A stretch of 64,000 bases of DNA from an uncultured bacterium (GTDB lineage Bacteria; Acidobacteriota; HRBIN11; JAKEFK01): NCBI GenBank assembly GCA_963837395.1, contig CAWINI010000003.1, positions 771,805 through 835,804 of the forward strand, given 5' to 3'. Of the stretch, positions 57,390-64,000 are shown piece by piece. Made by a program: the position numbers and the translations under genes. The notes beneath the pieces are model-generated. The model searched no databases, was not told the DNA's origin, and saw only the letters and a program-made list of their open reading frames with translations. Positions within the stretch are counted from its first letter, which is position 1, and every line of letters begins with the position of its first letter.

Positions 57390-59219
57390 GTGATTACAAA
57401 GAAGTTTTTGCAGCCGGTTTGGGCGATCCATCTTGTTGGCTTCATCTTCATCGCCGCCGGCTTTGCGATTAATCCGCTTGCACTCACCCGCTCATTCTTC
57501 AGTGATGAATCTGTGTATTACACCATGGCCTACAGTTTTGCGAATGATAACGACATGACATTTCAGCAAAATGATCTGGTTCGTGTTTATCGCGAATTTG
57601 CTGCAGGCCCTCAGGGAATCGTCCTGAAAATAAACGAAAAAGATCAGAACATCGTTTTTGGAAAAGCGTTCTTATATTCCATGGCTGCTGCTCCATTTGT
57701 AAAACTCTTCGGCACGAATGGATTTTTTATTCTTCACGGAGTTTTGCTCTGGCTGAATTTATTGTGCGGATATAAATTCTGCACTTCAATCATGAAGCCA
57801 GGCATGGCTACGTTATTTTCATTTTTCTACTTCTTAGCAAATGCTTCGCTCGTTTATTTGTTCTGGATGACGCCGGAATATTTCAATATGAGTTTGATTT
57901 GTTATGCTGTTTTCTTTTTTGTAGCAGCTGAAACATTTCAGTCAAAATTTCCATTGTTTCAATCTCCCTGGAATTATGCGATCTCCGCAATTTTCTTTGC
58001 GATGGCAACATTTTCAAAACCACCTAATGCTCTTCTGATTGCCCCATTGGGAATCTGGCTTCTTTACAAACGAAAATTCATTCCAGCAGCTGTGGCTTTT
58101 GGAGTTTATTTATTCGCAACCGCTGCGTTATTCGGATTGAATATTTATTACACCGGTGAATGGAATTTTCAGGGCGGAAGACGCGCAGTCTTCTATGACA
58201 ATTTCCCATATGGACGTGCCGGCGCTTCACCATTTGCGCCATTTAAACAGAAAAAACAAATTAATATTAATCCTCGTACATGGACTGAGCGCTTAAATTA
58301 CATCCCCAAGGCGATGCTGTACAACTGCGCTTATTTTTTCATCGGTCGATATTCGGGATTAGCAATTTATTTTTTCCCAATGCTCTTTGCTTTGATTTAT
58401 TTCTTGCTCGCTAAGAAAAATGGAATCAACAATGCAGTTTACATTGCAGGTTGGGTTGGAATTCTTACGTACATGATTGGTCTACCGTGGAATTATTTTG
58501 GTGGATCAGGAACGATCGGGAATCGTTATCTAATGAGTCCATTCGCCATACTTTTGTTTTCCATCACTCAGGAACCAAATCGAAAAATTTTGATTCCGGC
58601 AATCGGAGTATCACTATTATTTACTGCGCCATTTTTGGCAACTCCGATTCTCAGTTCATTTGACAATTCATACCATCAAAGAGCGGGTATCTATCGCAAA
58701 TTGCCTTTGGAACGAACAATGTTGGCGGATCTTCCTTTTAATACAAATCGAGCCGCAGTCCGAATTGCATTTGATGATCCTCCAACTTATTTACTTTATT
58801 TCGCTGACAATAATACGTATCTTCGTGAGGAACTTGAACACAAACTTGGCTTTTGGGTGAAAGGCGAAAAGGAATGCGAAGTAATTTTACGAAGTTCAGT
58901 TAAGGTTTCAAGATTGCGACTCAGACTAAAACCAGCGGTGAAAGGAATGTCTGTCATTGTTGATACTGGAGAAAAAACACAGATTGAATTAAAAGAACCT
59001 GTTTTTTATTCCGGCGAAGTTAGACTGTTAGATCCACTTCCATATGATCGCGATAATACCGGAGTGAGTTATTTATATAACATCAAAATCCGGTCATCGA
59101 AAGGCTCAATTGAAAACATGAATGGAATGGGAGAACGCTACCTGGGTGTTTTTGTGCGATTGGAACTACCGGAAGTAAAAGCTCCAGAAGTCGTACCAGA
59201 AGAAGAACTAGAAGACTGA
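57390..59219 (+). CDS. Polytopic membrane protein, GT-C-fold (PMT/ArnT-like) glycosyltransferase candidate
   Basis: Acidic SDE motif in the loop after TM1; about 11 TM segments; GNRY motif; soluble C-terminal domain. Confidence 0.55.
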   Translation: MITKKFLQPVWAIHLVGFIFIAAGFAINPLALTRSFFSDESVYYTMAYSFANDNDMTFQQNDLVRVYREFAAGPQGIVLKINEKDQNIVFGKAFLYSMAAAPFVKLFGTNGFFILHGVLLWLNLLCGYKFCTSIMKPGMATLFSFFYFLANASLVYLFWMTPEYFNMSLICYAVFFFVAAETFQSKFPLFQSPWNYAISAIFFAMATFSKPPNALLIAPLGIWLLYKRKFIPAAVAFGVYLFATAALFGLNIYYTGEWNFQGGRRAVFYDNFPYGRAGASPFAPFKQKKQININPRTWTERLNYIPKAMLYNCAYFFIGRYSGLAIYFFPMLFALIYFLLAKKNGINNAVYIAGWVGILTYMIGLPWNYFGGSGTIGNRYLMSPFAILLFSITQEPNRKILIPAIGVSLLFTAPFLATPILSSFDNSYHQRAGIYRKLPLERTMLADLPFNTNRAAVRIAFDDPPTYLLYFADNNTYLREELEHKLGFWVKGEKECEVILRSSVKVSRLRLRLKPAVKGMSVIVDTGEKTQIELKEPVFYSGEVRLLDPLPYDRDNTGVSYLYNIKIRSSKGSIENMNGMGERYLGVFVRLELPEVKAPEVVPEEELED

Positions 59220-59416
59220 AAGTGACAAAATGGCAATAGTTGAAATGAAAATAAGTAAAATTCTTATATGCAGAGAGGCTCTTTTCTGTGTCACGACCGA
59301 TGTTAGATGTATCTTCTTGCCCTGAAGACGCTCCTAAATTCTTTACAATAATTTTTCTTGCATTTCCGGGTTTTAAGAACAAGGCGCTCTATATTGGATT
59401 GTGCTAAAATACTGTT

Positions 59417-59842
59417 ATGAACGGCAAAACGGCACTAATACTAAGCATTGCAGTCGTCGTCACTTCGCTGGGTTTTTTAGTTTATACCGGATTAAATACA
59501 AACATGGTTTATTACTACCATGTTGACGAATTCCTGCCGAAAGCGCATAGCCTTGAAGGTGAAACAATTAAAGTAAACGGAAAAGTAATTGATGGAACGA
59601 TCCAAAAAAGTCAGTTAGATTATCGTTTCGGAATTCATGGCGTAACGCAGGCTAATATTGTTCAGGTTGAGTATCATGGTGTTGTACCGGATACTTTTAA
59701 AAATGGATCCGACGTTGTAGTCGAAGGTAAATATGACTCACAGCGTAAGGTTTTTCATGCCACAACACTGCTGGCGAAATGTCCTACGAAATATGAACCG
59801 CAGGATCAGAAAACGCAGCAGGTCAAGAAGACAAGCCTTTAG
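59417..59842 (+). CDS. ccmE: Heme chaperone CcmE, CxxxY variant
   Basis: GVVPDTFKNGSDVVVEG and LLAKCPTKY. Confidence 0.92.
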   Translation: MNGKTALILSIAVVVTSLGFLVYTGLNTNMVYYYHVDEFLPKAHSLEGETIKVNGKVIDGTIQKSQLDYRFGIHGVTQANIVQVEYHGVVPDTFKNGSDVVVEGKYDSQRKVFHATTLLAKCPTKYEPQDQKTQQVKKTSL

Positions 59843-59880
59843 ATCGATTCGAATTTCGTCTCCGGCATAGGTAGAAAATT

Positions 59881-61872
59881 ATGCTAGCTGAAATCGGACA
59901 CTTCATTCTGTTCAGTGCGTTCGCGCTTTGCATCTTCAGCATTGTCGCTTCAATTTTTGGCGCTCGCATGCGGCGTGCGGATTTTGTGGAAGCGGGCGAA
60001 CGCGCAGTAGTCGGTGTTGTATTCCTGGTTGTAACCGCGTGCGGAATTCTACTTCACGCTTTGATCACCAGTAATTTCCAATTTGAATATGCAGCACACT
60101 ACACCAGCACTACGCTTCCGGTGATGTACAAAATTACTGCGCTTTGGGGTGGACAGGCCGGATCATTGTTGTTCTGGTTGTTGATTCTTTCCATTTATAC
60201 GCTTGTCGCATTAATGCAAAATCAAAATAAGAACCGCCATTTGATGCCATATGTCACTGCGGTTCTGATGACTATTTCACTGTTCTTCATAAGCATGGTT
60301 TTGTTTGCAGCAGATCCTTTCAAAAAACTTTCCCCAATTCCAATTGAAGGTCAAAGCTTGAATCCACTTCTGCAAAACTACTGGATGGCGTCACATCCTC
60401 CCTCTTTGTATACAGGTTACGTCGGCCAGGCAGTTCCATTTGCTTTCGCAATGGCTGCTTTGATTACCGGACGGCTCGATGTTGGCTGGATCAAAACAAT
60501 CCGCAAATGGTCATTGTTTTCCTGGTTATTTTTAACACTTGGAATTTTGCAGGGTTCGTACTGGGCATACATTGAACTGGGTTGGGGTGGCTACTGGGCA
60601 TGGGACCCGGTTGAAAATGCATCTTTAATGCCCTGGCTGGCATCAACTGCATTTTTGCATTCCGTGATGGTTCAAGAGAAAAAAGGAATGCTAAAAATCT
60701 GGAACATGGTGCTGGTTATTACCGCTTTCACACTTTCAATCTTCGGAACGTTTCTCACGCGCAGCGGAGTGGTATCATCCGTTCATTCATTCGCACAATC
60801 TCCGATAGGAAAATATTTCGTGATTTTTCTGGGAGTTCAAGTGGCGGTCAGCATTGCATTTCTGATCTACAGGAAGAAGGAACTTGCTCCGGAAGCTAAA
60901 CTGGAATCGTTTGTAAGCCGCGAAAGTAGTTTCTTATTCAACAATATTTTCTTTTTGGTTATTTGTGTGACTGTGTTGTTGGGGACTACTTTTCCGATCC
61001 TTTCCGAATTGGTAACCGGAAGTAAGGTCACAGTCAGCGCACCATTTTTTAACAAAGTAGTAACACCATTTGCAATCGGACTGGTCTTGCTAACCGGAAT
61101 TTGTCCCTTGATTGCATGGCGCAAAGCAGGTATTAACAATCTCAAACGCAATTTTCTGCTGCCAGGAGTTCTTGGAACTCTGGCGGTTGTAATTCTGGTT
61201 GCGTTTGGAATTCATCATTGGATAGCATTGCTCTTTTTCTTTTCATCAGTTTTTGTGCTGGCCACAGTTTATTTTGAATTTACCAAAGGCACGCAGGCGC
61301 GGATGTCAATGATTCGCGAAACTGCACCGGTAGCCTTTTATCATCTCGTACAGCGGAACAGCAGACGTTATGGGGGATTCATCATTCACACCGGCATGGG
61401 AGTTTTGATGATCGGAATTGCGGCAAGTTCGTTCTTCAGCCTGGAAAAAGATGCAATGGTCCGGTTGAATCAATCGTTTCAAGCACGCGGTTATCAACTG
61501 ATTTACCGTGATATTAAGTTCGAAAAAGATCCGCATAAAGAAGTAGTACGAGCGAAGGTTGAAGTTGTTAAGAATGGAAAATCACTTGGATTCATGATTC
61601 CGGAACGCCATTTTTACAAGAATTCAGACCAGCCAACAACTGAAGTTGCGCTACGTTCATTTTGGAATGAAGATTTGTATTTGATCATTGCAGGCTGGGA
61701 TGAGCAAGGACAAGCTACGTTCAAAGTGTATGTTAATCCATTAATTAGCTGGATATGGTGGGGCGGTTTTATTATGTTATTCGGCGGAATTATCGTGCTT
61801 TCGCCCAGTTTCAGCAAAGAACATGTGCTCAGCCGCGCAATTGAACCGATTGGATCCGAGGCTGCGCAGTGA
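59881..61872 (+). CDS. ccmF: Heme lyase CcmF
   Basis: WGGQAGSLL, HPPSLYTGY, WGGYWAWDPVENAS, FLTRSGVVSSVHSF and VNPLISWIW motifs. Confidence 0.96.
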   Translation: MLAEIGHFILFSAFALCIFSIVASIFGARMRRADFVEAGERAVVGVVFLVVTACGILLHALITSNFQFEYAAHYTSTTLPVMYKITALWGGQAGSLLFWLLILSIYTLVALMQNQNKNRHLMPYVTAVLMTISLFFISMVLFAADPFKKLSPIPIEGQSLNPLLQNYWMASHPPSLYTGYVGQAVPFAFAMAALITGRLDVGWIKTIRKWSLFSWLFLTLGILQGSYWAYIELGWGGYWAWDPVENASLMPWLASTAFLHSVMVQEKKGMLKIWNMVLVITAFTLSIFGTFLTRSGVVSSVHSFAQSPIGKYFVIFLGVQVAVSIAFLIYRKKELAPEAKLESFVSRESSFLFNNIFFLVICVTVLLGTTFPILSELVTGSKVTVSAPFFNKVVTPFAIGLVLLTGICPLIAWRKAGINNLKRNFLLPGVLGTLAVVILVAFGIHHWIALLFFFSSVFVLATVYFEFTKGTQARMSMIRETAPVAFYHLVQRNSRRYGGFIIHTGMGVLMIGIAASSFFSLEKDAMVRLNQSFQARGYQLIYRDIKFEKDPHKEVVRAKVEVVKNGKSLGFMIPERHFYKNSDQPTTEVALRSFWNEDLYLIIAGWDEQGQATFKVYVNPLISWIWWGGFIMLFGGIIVLSPSFSKEHVLSRAIEPIGSEAAQ

Positions 61873-62348
61873 GATCAGTTTTCCGGACTACTATACTCGT
61901 AGTACTATTCGTATTTGGATATACCCTTGCAGATGCTGAGACTGCGACTCTGGATGGAGTTGCCAACAAATTATCGTGTTTTTGCGGAACCTGCCCTCAT
62001 TTATCCGTAAGTGTATGCACCTGCAGCAAGGCTGATGAAATCAAGGCTGAAATTAAACAGAAGATCGCTCAGGGAATGACTGAACAACAGATCATCAATG
62101 CTTTTGTTGCTGAATATGGCCAAACAGTTCTTTCCGCACCTCCGAAAAGCGGATTCAACTTAAGCGTCTGGATGATTCCGTTTCTGGCATTTGTGGTAGG
62201 AGGAATTGTGTTGTTTGCGTTCCTAAAAAATCAGCAGCGACCGCCTGAGGATCAGCCACCAACAGGTCCTTCCAAAATACCAGATCAAAGTGATGCAGAT
62301 GAAGAGTACAGACAACGTATCAATGACGAATTGGAGCAAAGGAAGTGA
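61869..62348 (+). CDS. ccmH: CcmH/CcmL-like cytochrome c biogenesis protein
   Basis: Signal peptide; LSCFCGTC; FVAEYGQTVLSAPP; C-terminal TM segment. Confidence 0.8.
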   Translation: MRSVFRTTILVVLFVFGYTLADAETATLDGVANKLSCFCGTCPHLSVSVCTCSKADEIKAEIKQKIAQGMTEQQIINAFVAEYGQTVLSAPPKSGFNLSVWMIPFLAFVVGGIVLFAFLKNQQRPPEDQPPTGPSKIPDQSDADEEYRQRINDELEQRK

Positions 62349-62677
62349 TCTGGTTTATCTTCATTTTTATTGCTGGTCTTTTTGCTGTTTACGCAATCCT
62401 CCCATTTTTTGACAAGAATTTTCAGAATAAACGTCTGTCGGGCGGTACTGGCGAACGAGAAAATTTGATCATGCGGAAAGACGAGGTACTTACGGCATTA
62501 AATGATCTAGAATACGATTTCCGGATGAAAAAGATTGGCGAACCGGATTATTTGCAAACGAAGGAAAAGTTAACGCGTGAGGCGATCGATTTGATGAAAC
62601 GCGCAGATGAACTGACTGCGCCAGCAAAACACCAGGCTCAAACTCCAGATGCCAGCAGAGCAAAAGTTCAATCCTGA
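62345..62677 (+). CDS. Small membrane protein of the ccm cluster (CcmI N-terminus-like)
   Basis: N-terminal TM segment; LNDLEYDFRMKKI..DY motif; overlaps its neighbours. Confidence 0.65.
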   Translation: MIWFIFIFIAGLFAVYAILPFFDKNFQNKRLSGGTGERENLIMRKDEVLTALNDLEYDFRMKKIGEPDYLQTKEKLTREAIDLMKRADELTAPAKHQAQTPDASRAKVQS

Positions 62678-63353
62678 TTTAGCGTTACAAGTCCAAATTC
62701 CTCGCTACAAAATCGGCATTACAACCATCTTAAAAGACATTCAATTTGAACTTGCTTCAGGCCAGATCCTGGCCATACTAGGCCCGAATGGCGCAGGCAA
62801 AACTACAATTCTGAAATGCATCGCAGGAACAATCCCAAAACAAGGGACTTGCATGATTTTCGGTTCGGATAAAAAGACTCCCGATATTAAAAGACAAATC
62901 GGCTATCTGGGTCACGAAACTTTTCTTTATGAAAAACTGAGTGCGCGAGAAAATTTGGAATTCTTTTCCGGGCTTTACGGCATTAACACTTCAATCGACA
63001 ACTTGTTAGATTCATTTTCATTGTCTGCGGCAGCTCATCAGCTTGTCGAATCTTTTTCCCGCGGAATGAAACAGCGATTAGCATTGGCTCGGGCCATCCT
63101 CGCAGATCCGCGTTTACTTTTGTTGGATGAACCTTTTACCGGATTGGATATGGAAGCAAGCAGACTTCTGGAATCGACGATCTCACTACGCAAAGCTAAA
63201 TCGGCGATCGTTTTAACCACACACGAACTTCAACGCGCATATCAAATTGCTGATTATTTTTTGGTGGTTAAAAACGGCAAACAAATATTTTTTGGATCAC
63301 GAAACGAGATACCCATCGAAATCGAAGAATTCTACAGGAGCCTGACGGCATGA
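62649..63353 (+). CDS. ccmA: Heme ABC exporter ATPase CcmA
   Basis: GPNGAGKTT, FSRGMKQRLALAR and LLDEPFTGLD motifs. Confidence 0.9.
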   Translation: MPAEQKFNPDLALQVQIPRYKIGITTILKDIQFELASGQILAILGPNGAGKTTILKCIAGTIPKQGTCMIFGSDKKTPDIKRQIGYLGHETFLYEKLSARENLEFFSGLYGINTSIDNLLDSFSLSAAAHQLVESFSRGMKQRLALARAILADPRLLLLDEPFTGLDMEASRLLESTISLRKAKSAIVLTTHELQRAYQIADYFLVVKNGKQIFFGSRNEIPIEIEEFYRSLTA

Positions 63354-64000
63354 GCATCATTTCGGCAATTGTTCGAAAAGATCTGGTGATTGAATACCGG
63401 AGCCGTCAAACATTTATCACTACTTTATTTTTCGGCTTGCTCGTTTTAGTTGTTGGAAATTTTTCGCTTTCAGTTGCCGGCGAACAACAAGCTGTAATTG
63501 CGCCTGGTATACTCTGGATCTCATTTCTTTTTTCAGGGCTTCTTTTTCTCAATCACATCCTTGCAACTGAAAAAGAACAAAATTCTCTGGATGGCTTGCT
63601 GATCAGCCCCGCCACTCCTGGCCAGCTGTTTCTTGGAAAAATGATTTCAGCAACAATTTTTCTGGTAACGCTGGAAACTATTCTATTTCCTGTTTTTCAC
63701 ATTCTGTTCAATTTTCAATTCACATTAAATTCTCTCTGGCTTTATCTTGTAATTTTGCTGACAGCACTCGGTTATTGTTCCCTGGGGGTTCTATTAGCCA
63801 CAATGGCTTTAGGTTTAAAGAATCGCGAAATTATTCTTTCGGTGCTCTTGTTTCCAATTCTGATTCCACTTTTAATCATGGCAGTAAAATCATCAATTAT
63901 TTTGTTGAATCAACTTCGCATGGAACAATTTTTCAACTGGCTGAAGCTGCTGATCGCGTTTGATATGATTTACGTAGTTCTTTCCTATTGGTCCTACCAC
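63350..64000 (+). CDS. ccmB: Heme exporter permease CcmB (3' truncated by the window edge; missing from the ORF track)
   Basis: Manual translation from ATG 63350: MSIISAIVRKDLVIEYRSRQ...APGILWISFLFSG...EKEQNSLDGLLISP. Confidence 0.9.
   Translation, partial: MSIISAIVRKDLVIEYRSRQTFITTLFFGLLVLVVGNFSLSVAGEQQAVIAPGILWISFLFSGLLFLNHILATEKEQNSLDGLLISPATPGQLFLGKMISATIFLVTLETILFPVFHILFNFQFTLNSLWLYLVILLTALGYCSLGVLLATMALGLKNREIILSVLLFPILIPLLIMAVKSSIILLNQLRMEQFFNWLKLLIAFDMIYVVLSYWSYH

Noticed and set aside
59220-59416. Missing ccmC/ccmD upstream of ccmE
   Set aside because: The cluster is cut by the window edge within ccmB, so ccmC and ccmD probably follow outside the window.
805-63963. The many 60-140-aa antisense or alternate-frame ORFs in the track (e.g. 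914-1186, 24132-24503, 53227-53667, 56370-56819)
   Set aside because: They lie wholly within well-supported genes, lack an RBS and family motifs, and are the expected shadow ORFs.

Overview
A 64-kb stretch of Gram-negative bacterial chromosome, mostly housekeeping. The lineage is most likely Acidobacteriota; this is inferred from the GWxTD protein, the yicC-gmk-rpoZ-coaBC-udg-priA order, the Cys-type CcmE and the TPR-TonB-ExbB-ExbD-ExbD operon. Left to right: a thioredoxin-TPR protein, two APC amino-acid permeases, dedA, a GxxExxY nuclease cassette, atoE, a membrane pyrophosphatase, two tandem secreted S8 peptidases (743 and 2678 aa) sharing a C-terminal domain, promoter motif and terminator, a TonB/ExbBD operon, an orphan RemA/DUF370 paralog, DUF4416-thiE-accC-accB-roadblock-TPR, pilMNOPQ followed by three uncharacterised lipoproteins, an AMIN amidase, xerC-trmFO-topA-dprA, GWxTD-msbA-yicC-remA-gmk-rpoZ-coaBC-udg-priA, a GT-C-like membrane protein and a ccmEFH-orf-ccmAB cluster that runs off the right edge. 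Eight 1-2 nt frameshifts, several in essential genes and mostly at short homopolymers, are best read as assembly errors. No tRNA, rRNA or CRISPR array was recognised. The most striking unexplained signal is a family of intergenic hairpins built from short (7-9 nt) tandem units followed by their reverse complements. One such element encloses the GxxExxY nuclease gene, and near-identical gene-less copies lie 19 and 43 kb away with the same polarity. This is a candidate nuclease-associated mobile repeat system. Other candidates are the secretin-operon lipoproteins and the shared cationic C-terminal domain of the S8 proteases. All family assignments are from motif recognition by eye; no database search was run.
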